The notes: a model not told the origin generated them from the letters alone. Positions 1 to 9,012 are shown, numbered from the stretch's first letter. The stretch is DNA of 57,619 nt from Anaerolineales bacterium (GCA_041624375.1 JBFJVD010000001.1:1-57619), one strand, 5' to 3'. Numbers and translations are program-made.

Positions 1-532
1 CGCGCGCCAGCCGATCGGCGACCCGGAGCCCGGCCCGGCGCACCGCGTCGTCATAGTCCTCATTGTCAAGCCCCGGCTGCGGCTTGAGCACCAGCACGAG
101 GTTCACCACCCGCGACATCGGGCTGTAGACCGCCGTGGGGCCCGACATGTCCACAATCGCTTCGCGCGCCGCCAGCAAGCCTTCGAACGGCTGCGGATAG
201 CGGCTCGAACTCAACACGCTCATGCCTTCCAGCCGCGCCGTCACACCGCGGCCCACGGTCTCCGGACCGCCGAGAAACCCTGGGAAGACCGACCCGGGGC
301 CCTCGATCTTGACGCGCGGCTCGATGGCATCAAGGCAGTGGACGATGCGCACGCTCTCACCGGGCCTGGCGATCTCGAGGCGCGCAGATTCGAACCTCGA
401 GTCCTCCAGGATCAGTGCGCGAAGCTCATCCCGGTCGATGTCCAACGTCCGGCCGTCGAGCCCGGTCGAGCTGCCAAAGCGGACGTTGTCGAGCTTGATG
501 GTTTGGAGCTCCAGGCGCTGACCCAGCCTCAC
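1..532 (-). CDS. GrdE/PrdA-family (glycine/sarcosine/betaine or D-proline reductase component B-like) proprotein, N-terminal 177 codons; the rest lies beyond the left edge
   Basis: Absent from the ORF track because there is no stop in the window. The minus frame is open from GTG at 532 to base 1: (M)RLGQRLELQTIKLDNVRFG...LEIARPGESVRIVHCLDAIEPRVKIEGPGSVFPGFLGGPETVGRGVTARLEGMSVL. The ARPGESVRI / IEPRVK-EGPG-FPG / ETVG block matches GrdE N-termini as I remember them. It starts 7 nt after the upstream dehydrogenase stop. Confidence 0.6.
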   Translation of the reverse strand, partial: MRLGQRLELQTIKLDNVRFGSSTGLDGRTLDIDRDELRALILEDSRFESARLEIARPGESVRIVHCLDAIEPRVKIEGPGSVFPGFLGGPETVGRGVTARLEGMSVLSSSRYPQPFEGLLAAREAIVDMSGPTAVYSPMSRVVNLVLVLKPQPGLDNEDYDDAVRRAGLRVADRLAR

Positions 533-538
533 GCGGAC

Positions 539-1561
539 CTACTCCTCGCCATTGAGCGTCACGATGACCCGGTAGGTCTCCGGCAGGATCGCCAGCTCAA
601 AGGCTTCTTTGAGGCGGGTCATAGGAATCCGCTGCTCGATCAATGGCTCCACGTTGATGAGCCGCTTGGAGAGGAGCGTGGCCGCAGTTTCGAATCCTTC
701 CGTCGAAGGGTGGCGGGCTCCGGTCAGCGTCACTTGCTTGCGGTGGATGAAATTTGGATCGACGCCCATCTCTGTGGTCGGATGGGCCGAGGCGAAGAGC
801 ATCACGGTGCCGAGCTCGGCCACCATGCTCATGGCGTCCAGGTTCGCCTTGTGATTTCCGATGGCGACCACGACCACGTCTGCGCCCTTGCCATCCGTGA
901 TCTCGCGCACACGCTCGGCTGCATCCTCTTTTTCCGGGTTCACGGTGAAGTCTGCACCCAGTTCGAGCGCATAGTCGTTCCGCTTTTCATTCATCTCGCT
1001 GACGATGACCCGCGCCCCCTGCCGTTTGGCGACCATCATGTTGAGCATACCCATCGGCCCTGCGCCGATGACGACGACATCCTGCCCGAGCTTGTAGTCC
1101 ACCTTGTTCGACGCGTGGATGACGCAGGCGAGAGGCTCCGTGAAGCAGCCGTATTCAAACGGCAGGTCGTCCGCCAGCTTGTAGGCGCTCCCCACCGGAA
1201 TGGCCTTATACTCGGCCAGCCCCAGCGGTCCCCACAGGTCCAGGTACTCGATCCGGTAGCGGTCCATATCGTGGCGGCCAGCGGGCTTCGGGCCGGCGGC
1301 GATGCGGTCGCCGACCTTCAGGTCCGTCTTCGTCCCCTCCCCGATCTGGGCGACGACGCCGGCGAATTCATGCCCCCCGGCGATCGGCCGGCGCGTCTCT
1401 TTGTCCACCCCAGAGTAGGTTCGCTGCTCCCAGGTACACAAGCCACAGGCCTTGGTCTGAATCAGAACCTCGCCTGGCCCCGGCTCGGGCTTGGGGAGCT
1501 CGCGAATGGAGACCTCACGGATATCTTCGATCACGCCAACTTTCATCGACTGCTTGGTCAT
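539..1561 (-). CDS. Zn-dependent medium-chain dehydrogenase/reductase (polyol or sugar-phosphate dehydrogenase-like)
   Basis: ORF 539..1672 trimmed to ATG 1561 (MTKQSMKVGVIED). Motifs: CGLCTWE and GHEFAGVV Zn-ligand motifs, VVVIGAGPMG Rossmann motif. The start follows the DMT stop by 1 nt. Confidence 0.85.
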   Translation of the reverse strand: MTKQSMKVGVIEDIREVSIRELPKPEPGPGEVLIQTKACGLCTWEQRTYSGVDKETRRPIAGGHEFAGVVAQIGEGTKTDLKVGDRIAAGPKPAGRHDMDRYRIEYLDLWGPLGLAEYKAIPVGSAYKLADDLPFEYGCFTEPLACVIHASNKVDYKLGQDVVVIGAGPMGMLNMMVAKRQGARVIVSEMNEKRNDYALELGADFTVNPEKEDAAERVREITDGKGADVVVVAIGNHKANLDAMSMVAELGTVMLFASAHPTTEMGVDPNFIHRKQVTLTGARHPSTEGFETAATLLSKRLINVEPLIEQRIPMTRLKEAFELAILPETYRVIVTLNGEE

Positions 1562-1562
1562 T

Positions 1563-2588
1563 TCAGGTTTTCTTTCCCTCATACGCTTCGGGCCCAGCCG
1601 CAGGCTGCACCCCGATGGATAAGCCTTCGTCGAACACCGTTTCCTTGGTGAGCTGCACGTACACCACCCCAATGACGGTGAGCAACGTGCCCAAGATCAT
1701 CAGCAGATTGAGCCGCTCGCCGAGCAGGACCGCGGCCAGGACGGCAGCGATCACCGGATTCATACCATTGATCGTCGAGGCGCTGGCGACTGTGGTGAGC
1801 GAGAGCGCCTGTGCCAGCGTGATCTGCGCTGCGCCGGTGAGCAGACCGGCCAGAAGCAGCGTTCCCAGGCTGGCGGCGTCGACGGCGGTGATCAAGCCGC
1901 CGCGCCCGCTGACCAGCAGAAAGACGAACAGGAGCGAGATCGCCCATGTGTGGCCGATCGAGAGGATGGTGTACTTGTCCACGCCCTGCGTCAGCGCGTA
2001 GCGGGTGCAGTTCGATCCGCCCGCCCAGGCAACGGCCGGGATCAAAGCGAGCGGGATGGCGACCAGAACGCTGGCCTCCACTTCCCCACCCGCCGCCCGG
2101 CCATAACCCAGCAGCCCGACGCCGGCGACTGCGATCAACAGCCCCAACAGCATGCCGCGGTTCAGCGGTTCACGCAGGAACGCCGCCGCCATCAGCGCGC
2201 TCCACAGGATGCTGGTCGCCAGCACCGGCTGCGTGAGCACCACTCCGCCGGCACGCAGGGCATAGAAGTAGCCCACTGTTCCGACAACCGTGGTCAATGT
2301 GCCGCCTAGCAGCATCACCAGGATCACCCGCCAGCCGAAGAAATCGGCGGCCGAGGGACGCAGGCGCGGCAGTTCGCGGCCGGATCGCACCACCCGGATC
2401 CACGCCCAGGAAGCGACGGGAATCAGGCGCAGGGCGGGGGCCACAAACGGATGGACCGATAGCGACGCCACCCGGCTGAAGATCGCCGCCACGGCATAGC
2501 TGAGGCTGCTGACGAGCGCCCAGAACTCGCCCGGACCAAACGAGACCCGGCGAGACGGCTCGATGCGGCCGGGCATCTCGACCTGCAT
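1563..2588 (-). CDS. DMT-superfamily (EamA-like) membrane transporter
   Basis: 341 aa and highly hydrophobic, with two similar halves of about 5 TM helices each, typical of EamA repeats. Its ATG overlaps the aldolase stop (TGATG). Confidence 0.75.
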   Translation of the reverse strand: MQVEMPGRIEPSRRVSFGPGEFWALVSSLSYAVAAIFSRVASLSVHPFVAPALRLIPVASWAWIRVVRSGRELPRLRPSAADFFGWRVILVMLLGGTLTTVVGTVGYFYALRAGGVVLTQPVLATSILWSALMAAAFLREPLNRGMLLGLLIAVAGVGLLGYGRAAGGEVEASVLVAIPLALIPAVAWAGGSNCTRYALTQGVDKYTILSIGHTWAISLLFVFLLVSGRGGLITAVDAASLGTLLLAGLLTGAAQITLAQALSLTTVASASTINGMNPVIAAVLAAVLLGERLNLLMILGTLLTVIGVVYVQLTKETVFDEGLSIGVQPAAGPEAYEGKKT

Positions 2589-3367
2589 CAGGCCGTGACT
2601 TTCCCCATCTCCTGGACAGCTTCCTCGACCGTGGCGTCCTCATGAATCACTGCAGAGAGGGCGGCAACCAGGGCGCCCGGTCGCGGATGGCTGAAGACGT
2701 TGCGCCCGATCGCGACGCCCGACGCACCGTGGTCGATCGCCGTCCGCACCGATTCCAGCAGCTCTTCATCGCTGTCGGCTTTGGCGCCGCCAAGAATCAC
2801 GACCGGTACCGGGCAGTTTTCGGCAACGATGTCGAAATCAGTCGGATCCTCGGTGGAGAAGGTCTTGACGAAGTCCGCCCCGGCCTCGGCCCCTACGCGC
2901 GCACCAGCGGAAATGGCCTCCGGCGTTCGCATCTCAGGACCGGCTGCCCAGCCACCGGGGATTGTCTCGGAGAGGAGGGGCATCCCCCAGGCGTCACACT
3001 GCTGGGAGAGGTAGATCTGGTTCAGCACCGTGGATTCGGGATTGTTCTGAAAGGGGTACACCAGGATCTTCAGCGCGTCGGCGCCCATGCGCAGCGCGTG
3101 CTCGACCGCGTGATCTATCGCCGGCCGCTCCGCACTCGGCACCGTCATGATGAAGGCCGCATCGACGAAATCGTCGAGGCAGGCACGCGCCGTCCCGGGG
3201 GTTGTCATGATCGCATCGGCACCGTGGAGCGCGCACTCACGCACCGTAGCGTTGGGTTGGATCAAGCCCGGAAGCGGCTTATTCATGAACCCAACATGAT
3301 CCATCGCCACGATGAGCGTGCGCCCATCCGGACGGAAAACGCGGTTCAGTCGTCTCTTTTTGGACAT
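2588..3367 (-). CDS. Class I aldolase of the DeoC/FbaB(DhnA)/LsrF family
   Basis: 259 aa. LIVAMDH, GADAIMT, ADFVKT (candidate Schiff-base Lys) and VVILGG..SGVAIGRNVF are the TIM-barrel landmarks of DhnA-type aldolases. Confidence 0.75.
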   Translation of the reverse strand: MSKKRRLNRVFRPDGRTLIVAMDHVGFMNKPLPGLIQPNATVRECALHGADAIMTTPGTARACLDDFVDAAFIMTVPSAERPAIDHAVEHALRMGADALKILVYPFQNNPESTVLNQIYLSQQCDAWGMPLLSETIPGGWAAGPEMRTPEAISAGARVGAEAGADFVKTFSTEDPTDFDIVAENCPVPVVILGGAKADSDEELLESVRTAIDHGASGVAIGRNVFSHPRPGALVAALSAVIHEDATVEEAVQEMGKVTA

Positions 3368-3536
3368 GATGTCTCCTTAGGTATGTCACCAGGCTGGATG
3401 GACCAGAGTTCTCAACAATTTGCGCAATCAGACCGAATAAGACCCGGGCGGCGGCCCGGCGGCACGGTGCCCGCGCAGGCCGCCGCCATCATTACAGGAA
3501 CGCTCTGTCGTTCGTTCTCCTCCGGGTAGGCACCTC

Positions 3537-4652
3537 CTAGAAGTGCGACAGCGGCTGCAGCGTGATCTGCGGCCAGAATACGCCGACGAAGGCAGCGATG
3601 ACGGTGATAACCAGGAAGCCGACGACGAAGCGCACCGCGGCGGAGGTGTTTCCACGCCGGCTGCCGAAGAACAGCGCGCCGACGATCAACACCAGGATCC
3701 CGATCAGGGTGGGCAGTCCGTCGCCACTGAAGACGCCGAACGCGTTGCTCGTCCGGGTCGCGAAGCTCCAGACGGATTCCAGCAGCGCCGAGGCGAGCGT
3801 GACCCCGAAGACGTACAGGATCACGTCGATGATCGAGATGCCGCGCCGCAGCAGCCAGATGATCGTCAGCAGGACGATGAGCGGGACAAGCTGCGGATAC
3901 AGCGCATCGAGCACGTTGGATTGGAGCGAGAACACCTGCTCCACCGTTTCGTCACCCGTCCCGGTGAGCACCGTCCAGCTGATGCCCGTGCTCACCGTGA
4001 TGAATTGGGCGCCGAGCGCGCCCAGCACTGAAGCGCCAAGTACGGCGGCGCCGGTGCGCACATCGTCGAGCAGCCCGGTCTGCAGCAGGCTGGTCACCAG
4101 TCCCTGCCCTTGCAGGTAGCCTTGGTAGTAGACCCACCAGCCGAACGCCCAGGTGTACGCGGCGGCTGCGATGAAGTAGATGATCGGGCCAAGAATGCCC
4201 GAGGCCGCGCCATCCGCCGCCAGGGCGACGCCGATGCCGATCGACTGCCAGACAGGGAACCAGGTCCCCTGCTTGAGCGTGTCGCCCAGGCCGGCGAACG
4301 GGCCCATCAGGCCGGACTTCACGCTGTTGATCGTGTCGTCGTCGATGGCGACATTGCCCAGGGCGCGCTGCTCCTCGAGTGCGATGGTCATACCGTGGAT
4401 CACGCCGCCGGTGTCCGGCTCGGTATTGAAGAAGACCAGGTGGCGCTTAAGGGCCGCCTTGACTTCATCGGGTGTGGTGTAGAGCTTCTCGATGATCGGA
4501 GCCATGGCATGGGCGAAGCCGGTGCCCTGATAGCGCTCCCAGTTGTAGTTGGCGTGGGAGAAGAACAGCCAGCGCCAGAACGAGGCGAAGACGTCCCCAC
4601 GCGTGAGGATTCGTTTCGGTTCAGCCGGTGCATCAGCTGGCTGCTGCGACAT
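3537..4652 (-). CDS. PTS mannose/fructose/sorbose-family EIID component with about 75 extra C-terminal residues
   Basis: FWRWLFFSHANYNWERYQGTGFAHAMAPIIEKLY and LVFFNTEP are signature EIID-Man blocks. At 371 aa it is longer than the roughly 280 aa I recall for ManZ-type proteins. Confidence 0.85.
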   Translation of the reverse strand: MSQQPADAPAEPKRILTRGDVFASFWRWLFFSHANYNWERYQGTGFAHAMAPIIEKLYTTPDEVKAALKRHLVFFNTEPDTGGVIHGMTIALEEQRALGNVAIDDDTINSVKSGLMGPFAGLGDTLKQGTWFPVWQSIGIGVALAADGAASGILGPIIYFIAAAAYTWAFGWWVYYQGYLQGQGLVTSLLQTGLLDDVRTGAAVLGASVLGALGAQFITVSTGISWTVLTGTGDETVEQVFSLQSNVLDALYPQLVPLIVLLTIIWLLRRGISIIDVILYVFGVTLASALLESVWSFATRTSNAFGVFSGDGLPTLIGILVLIVGALFFGSRRGNTSAAVRFVVGFLVITVIAAFVGVFWPQITLQPLSHF

Positions 4653-5544
4653 CTTGATCCCTCCTCCGGGCGAACGTCACGTGCAGGATCGCCAGACCGA
4701 CGGCGACGACGGCGATGGCGATGATGTTGATGTTCGTGAGCGCCGCAACCGTGAAGAACGCGAGCAGATACGGCAGCGTCGAGCGGGTCATGATCAGGCT
4801 CAGGTTGAGCGCGATCCCCACCGCCGGCAGGACAGTCCCGGCGATGATGAACCAGTCACGCAGCCAGCGCCAGTTCGCCGAGCCGCCACGGAACGGGTCG
4901 ATGGCATTGAACAGCGAGTCCAAGGCCGGAGCACCCAGCAGCGCCAGGATCAACACCGGGACGAAGGTGGTGAGGAACACGTAGGCCTGGCCGGGAAGCC
5001 AGTTCATCCTCGCCACGCCCCAGATGTCGCCTTCTTCGGCGCGCTCATCCGCCCAACGGACAAAGGCGACGTCCACGCTCATGCGGCTGAAGAAGCCAAG
5101 CAGGCCAAGTGCGCCGAGCGGCGCGGCGATGGCGATCGCTTCTTGCGTCCCCAGCCCAGCGGACAACGCCAGCGCTGTCCCGAGCCAGCCGGCCAGCGAG
5201 GGGTCGGCCGGCGCGGAGCCGCCGGCGGAGATCACGCCGAGGAACACCAGGTTGATGCTCGCGCCAAGCAGAATGCCCTGGCCGAGATCGCCCATGATGA
5301 GCCCAACGAATGTGCCGCCGATGATTGGCCAGCGCATGAAGTTGAAGCCCAGGTTCGGCGTGAAAGCGCTGTTGGTGATCCAGTATCCCGCAGCGACAAG
5401 AACGGCCTGGAGAAATCCGAGCGTGGGCGCGGCTTGCAGCGCGGCGCTCTCTGGCGGTGCCGCCAGTGCCCGCACATGTACCAGCAGCGCCAACGCCCAC
5501 ACCAGGCCAACGACGGCAATGAGTCGTTTGAGTGGGACTTTCAT
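4633..5544 (-). CDS. PTS mannose-family EIIC component
   Basis: ORF 4633..5559 trimmed to ATG 5544 (MKVPLKRL), which has GGAGG 8 nt upstream. It is polytopic and hydrophobic and sits between EIIB and EIID as in man/sor operons. Confidence 0.75.
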   Translation of the reverse strand: MKVPLKRLIAVVGLVWALALLVHVRALAAPPESAALQAAPTLGFLQAVLVAAGYWITNSAFTPNLGFNFMRWPIIGGTFVGLIMGDLGQGILLGASINLVFLGVISAGGSAPADPSLAGWLGTALALSAGLGTQEAIAIAAPLGALGLLGFFSRMSVDVAFVRWADERAEEGDIWGVARMNWLPGQAYVFLTTFVPVLILALLGAPALDSLFNAIDPFRGGSANWRWLRDWFIIAGTVLPAVGIALNLSLIMTRSTLPYLLAFFTVAALTNINIIAIAVVAVGLAILHVTFARRRDQDVAAAS

Positions 5545-5627
5545 GGATAGGGCCTCCATACAGTCCTAAGTGTGTGGTCGATCGAGACAAGCGGAGCGTT
5601 CCTGAGAAACAGGTGCAAAGCTAGCCT

Positions 5628-6110
5628 TCACCTCCCTTCTGCACGCGGTAGTTCAACTGCAGGATCGCTCGGTACCATCTTCAATTCAATTCGGACGCCC
5701 ATGCTCTGAATCTTGTGCAGGACGGCCAGTTCGTCTGCGCTCAGGGAAATGTTCTTCAGATAGAGCTTGCGATCCGGTCCGGCCCCCATGCCGCCCAGGT
5801 TCAGGTAGGTGAAGCTGACTCCGTTCTCCAACAGGGTCAGCATCGCAGACGGGCCGCGGGTCAGTAGCAATACACGGCGAGAATCGTCTGCCTTGTCTTT
5901 GAAGTCCTGGATCGTTTCCTCCACAGAAAGCACACGCAGCTTCATCTCCGGCGGCTTGGTCATTTCGAGCACCTGCTGCAAAAAGGCATCCTGACGCGTC
6001 TTATCGTCGCAAATCAGAATCTCGTCGCAGCGGCCGATGGCCCGGATCCAGGCCGTAACTACCTGGCCGTGGATCAGTCGGTCGTCGATTCGTGCGTGCG
6101 CGATCTCCAT
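5628..6110 (-). CDS. PTS mannose/sorbose-family EIIB component
   Basis: 160 aa. The N-terminal ARIDDRLIHGQVVTAW carries the phospho-His motif of sorbose-type EIIB. Confidence 0.85.
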   Translation of the reverse strand: MEIAHARIDDRLIHGQVVTAWIRAIGRCDEILICDDKTRQDAFLQQVLEMTKPPEMKLRVLSVEETIQDFKDKADDSRRVLLLTRGPSAMLTLLENGVSFTYLNLGGMGAGPDRKLYLKNISLSADELAVLHKIQSMGVRIELKMVPSDPAVELPRAEGR

Positions 6111-6187
6111 CAGGTCCTCACTCCCTGCCTCGCAGATGGATCGGAAGACATGGCTTCCACCGGCGTCAAACGCAATCTCCTTCCGGG

Positions 6188-7252
6188 CTACGGGTTGATG
6201 ATCACGCGGTAGGTGTCCACCGAAAGCGCCGCTTCGAAAGCCTTGTCCAGCTCGTCGAGCGGGAAGGTTGCGCTGATCAGCGGCGCAAGGTCGATGGCGC
6301 GGTTGGAAATCAGCTGCGCTGCCTCGTGGAAATCCTCGCGTGTCTGGCTCATGGTTCCTGTCAGTGTGACTTCCTTCTTATGAAAGATGTTGGGATCGAC
6401 TTCGATCTTCTGTTCTTTCGGGTAGAAGCTCGAATAGCACAACACCCGCCCTCCATTGGTGGTCGCGACCACCGCCGGCTCTACCGTGCTGTGCCTTGCG
6501 ACGCAAATAAAGGTCACGTTGGCACCAAGGCCGCCAGTATGGGCCTTGACCGTCTCGACGTAATCCTCCGTGAGCGGATCGAAGGCCGCATCGGCCCCCA
6601 GCTCGAGGGCTTTCGCCCGCCGGTGCTCATCCGGCTCGCTGACGATCACGACGGCGCCGCGCATCTTCGCGAGCAGGAGGTGAAGCATGCCCATCAGCCC
6701 GGCGCCGATGATGACCACCCGCTCACCCGGCTTGATCCCGGCATGCTTGACGCTGCGCAGCACACAGGCCAGCGGTTCGCTCAGCGAGGCGTGCTCCATC
6801 GGGATGTCCTTTGCGATCTTGAAACAATCAACGCCCAGGCGCAGCACATACTCGCCAAATCCAGCGGGGCCTGGCGTCGGGTCGGCATCACGGATCTTCC
6901 ACATGTTCTCGCAGATGTTGTCGTGCCCGCGCAGGCAGGACTCACACTGGCCGCAGCGTTTGAGGCCGGCGACGGTGACGTGGTCGCCGGGTTCCAGCCC
7001 GAAGACGTTCTGACCCACGTCGACGACGACGCCACTCACCTCATGCCCCCCCGACATGGGGTAGGTCGGCTCCTCGCCGGTGTACATCCGCTGTTCCCAG
7101 GTACAGAGCGCCGCCGCCCGCACCTTCACCAGCACCTGATCGGGCCGCGGCGAGGGGATCGGAATCTTCTGAAATTCGATTTGACGGGGCCCAACGAACA
7201 CCGATCTGCGCATGTGATCATTTGCGCCAGCGTTTGCCTTCTCTTCTGCCAT
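6188..7252 (-). CDS. Zn-dependent medium-chain dehydrogenase/reductase (second copy; SorE-like sugar-phosphate reductase candidate)
   Basis: 354 aa. Motifs: ALCTWEQ, GGHEVSGVV, a structural-Zn Cys cluster (CGQCESC) and VVIIGAGLMG. Confidence 0.85.
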   Translation of the reverse strand: MAEEKANAGANDHMRRSVFVGPRQIEFQKIPIPSPRPDQVLVKVRAAALCTWEQRMYTGEEPTYPMSGGHEVSGVVVDVGQNVFGLEPGDHVTVAGLKRCGQCESCLRGHDNICENMWKIRDADPTPGPAGFGEYVLRLGVDCFKIAKDIPMEHASLSEPLACVLRSVKHAGIKPGERVVIIGAGLMGMLHLLLAKMRGAVVIVSEPDEHRRAKALELGADAAFDPLTEDYVETVKAHTGGLGANVTFICVARHSTVEPAVVATTNGGRVLCYSSFYPKEQKIEVDPNIFHKKEVTLTGTMSQTREDFHEAAQLISNRAIDLAPLISATFPLDELDKAFEAALSVDTYRVIINP

Positions 7253-7255
7253 GGG

Positions 7256-7699
7256 TCAAGACTCCTTTGGACGAGCTTCCGAATTGTTCTTCATTGCAGC
7301 AAACTTGGCGGCCACATCGACGATGCCGGCGCGGCCGGCGTCGATGGCGACCCGCGACAGCTCCTCGAGCGAGCCGGCACCATCGGCTGCCAGCAGCGTT
7401 TCCAGAACCATCGGCAGGTTGACGCCGGTGACAATAGCGCAGTCATGCGACCGAAGACAGAGTGCGGCGGCATTGCTCGGCGTCCCACCGAACAGATCGA
7501 TCATCACCATCACGCCTGCGCCCTGGTCCACCCGCTCGATGGCTTCGCGAAGTTCGGCTTCGAGCGCTTCAAGGTTCATGGAGGGCATGAGCTTGATCGT
7601 GACCACGCCATTCTGCTGCCCTAGGATCATTTCCGCGCTCTCAAGAAGAGCAGGGGCCAATTCGCCGTGTGCGGCGAGGACGAACCCGTAGCGACTCAC
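7256..7699 (-). CDS. PTS mannose-family EIIA component
   Basis: 147 aa. GFVLAAHGELA (phospho-His) and MIDLFGGTPSN are typical of EIIA-Man. Its GTG start overlaps the GntR stop (GTGA). Confidence 0.85.
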   Translation of the reverse strand: MSRYGFVLAAHGELAPALLESAEMILGQQNGVVTIKLMPSMNLEALEAELREAIERVDQGAGVMVMIDLFGGTPSNAAALCLRSHDCAIVTGVNLPMVLETLLAADGAGSLEELSRVAIDAGRAGIVDVAAKFAAMKNNSEARPKES

Positions 7700-8490
7700 C
7701 GCATCAACCCGCCCGCTTGGGTATTGCCCTGGATGAGGAGCTGGTACTTGTAGCGGTCGCCGCGATAGACCGCCGTGCTGGCTTCAAGAACAATGTCTTC
7801 CGGGCTGAACGTCAGACGCATGCCGCGCAGCACCGGCTGATCCTCATCGATGCCCAGCATGGCGGCTTCACCAGGATCTGGTGTCGAAGCCTCGATTTGT
7901 TGCTCGGCCCGAGCCAGGGTGAGGCCGTACTCAGTCCGCATGACCGTGTATAGGGACTGGACGGAGAAGTCATAACGCTCAAGGCCCGGGCAGACGCGCT
8001 CTGCAACGTACGGGCGCTCAATGCCGATCGGATCCCCATTGACGATCCGCAAGCGCTCCAAGTGATAGATCGTTTCGCCGCGACGGACCCGCATCTGCTC
8101 GGCAAGCCAGTCCGACGCGGGCTCTCGCGCAAAGAAAATCACCCTCGACTCCACGTTCAGGTCGAGGGCGCGCATATCAGCGCTGAAGCCGGTGAGCTGG
8201 GTAAGCGTCTGCTCGATCTTGTTCGAGCTGACAAACCACCCCTTGCCGACCCGGCTCACAAGCCTCCCGAGCGCCTCCAGGTCGGTCAGGGAGCGGCGAA
8301 CCGTCATCCGGGAGATCCCCAGCTGTCGCGAAAGCTCACGCTCCGACGGCAGCGGATCCCCCGGGTTGAGGCGGCCGTCCAGGATCGCCTTGAGCAGCTG
8401 ATCGGCGAGCTGCTGGTAATGGGGAACGATGCTGGATCGCTCCAGCCGCAGGAATTCCAGAGCTTTCCAACGATCGGAAGCAGCTTCCAT
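7696..8490 (-). CDS. GntR-family transcriptional regulator, HutC subfamily (winged HTH plus UTRA effector domain)
   Basis: PLPSERELSRQLGISRMTVRRSL is the HTH; the C-terminal half is UTRA-like. I trimmed to ATG 8490 (MEAASDRW), which has a purine-rich SD. The track start at 8514 would overlap HPr. Confidence 0.8.
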   Translation of the reverse strand: MEAASDRWKALEFLRLERSSIVPHYQQLADQLLKAILDGRLNPGDPLPSERELSRQLGISRMTVRRSLTDLEALGRLVSRVGKGWFVSSNKIEQTLTQLTGFSADMRALDLNVESRVIFFAREPASDWLAEQMRVRRGETIYHLERLRIVNGDPIGIERPYVAERVCPGLERYDFSVQSLYTVMRTEYGLTLARAEQQIEASTPDPGEAAMLGIDEDQPVLRGMRLTFSPEDIVLEASTAVYRGDRYKYQLLIQGNTQAGGLMR

Positions 8491-8500
8491 GGCGCTCCCC

Positions 8501-8791
8501 TCACTCCTTCTCATCGCCGAAGTTGGTTTCGATCAAGGCCTGCAGGGCGGCGATCGCCGCACCTGCCTGGTCTCCTTCTGCGACGAGCCGGACCGTCGTG
8601 CCCTGCGTGACCGCAAGGGCGAGAACGCTGAGAATGCTCTTGGCGTCCGCCGCCTGCCCGTCCTTCGACAGGGTGATCGAGCAGGGGTAGCGCTGGGCGG
8701 TCCGCACAAATAAGGCCGCCGGGCGCGCATGCAGGCCCATCGCATGCTGGATGGTGATCTCCAGTTCAGCGGATGAACTGCCGTCGTTCAT
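8501..8791 (-). CDS. ptsH: Phosphocarrier protein HPr
   Basis: AMGLHARPAALFV is the active-site His region and DAKSILSVLAL is the regulatory Ser region. Trimmed to ATG 8791, giving 96 aa. Confidence 0.85.
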   Translation of the reverse strand: MNDGSSSAELEITIQHAMGLHARPAALFVRTAQRYPCSITLSKDGQAADAKSILSVLALAVTQGTTVRLVAEGDQAGAAIAALQALIETNFGDEKE

Positions 8792-8963
8792 CGGCGGTAG
8801 GTCATCCCTTTCGATGGGCGACTGCCGACTCACGGTGTGTTAGGATGCCGTGCGCGGCGGGGGGCGAGTTCGTGACACTACCGATTGAGGAGGATTGCTG
8901 TACGCTCACAGGGGATCGCTGATCGATTCGGAGCCCCTCGCCGCAGAGCACTCCGGACCCATG

Positions 8964-8999
8964 TAGACCAGTTCCTATACCACTTCTTACCGGTATAGG
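8964..8999 (-). promoter_or_regulatory. Candidate HutC/GntR operator: three TA(G/T)ACC half-sites, including the inverted repeat CCTATACC-N10-GGTATAGG
   Basis: TAGACCAGT (8964-8972), TATACCACT (8976-8984) and GGTATAGG (8992-8999). They resemble the GGTnTAnACC cores of HutC-type operators and lie just downstream of the predicted operon promoter. Confidence 0.5.
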
Positions 9000-9012
9000 C
9001 AATACAAATACT

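Noticed and set aside
338-1651. Long ORFs lying antisense to or out of frame with recognised genes. Examples: 338..1651+, 6092..7624+, 20462..21616-, 25140..25871-, 27535..28341-, 35067..35891-, 38152..38979-, 39489..40349-, 40067..40888-, 44081..44866-, 45603..46418-, 46165..46932-, 50719..51510-, 53340..54158+, 54961..55659-.
   Set aside because: These are typical shadow ORFs of GC-rich DNA. They have Arg/Pro/Gly/Ala/His-rich, low-complexity translations with no family motifs. Each fully overlaps a gene on the other strand or frame that has clear family signatures.
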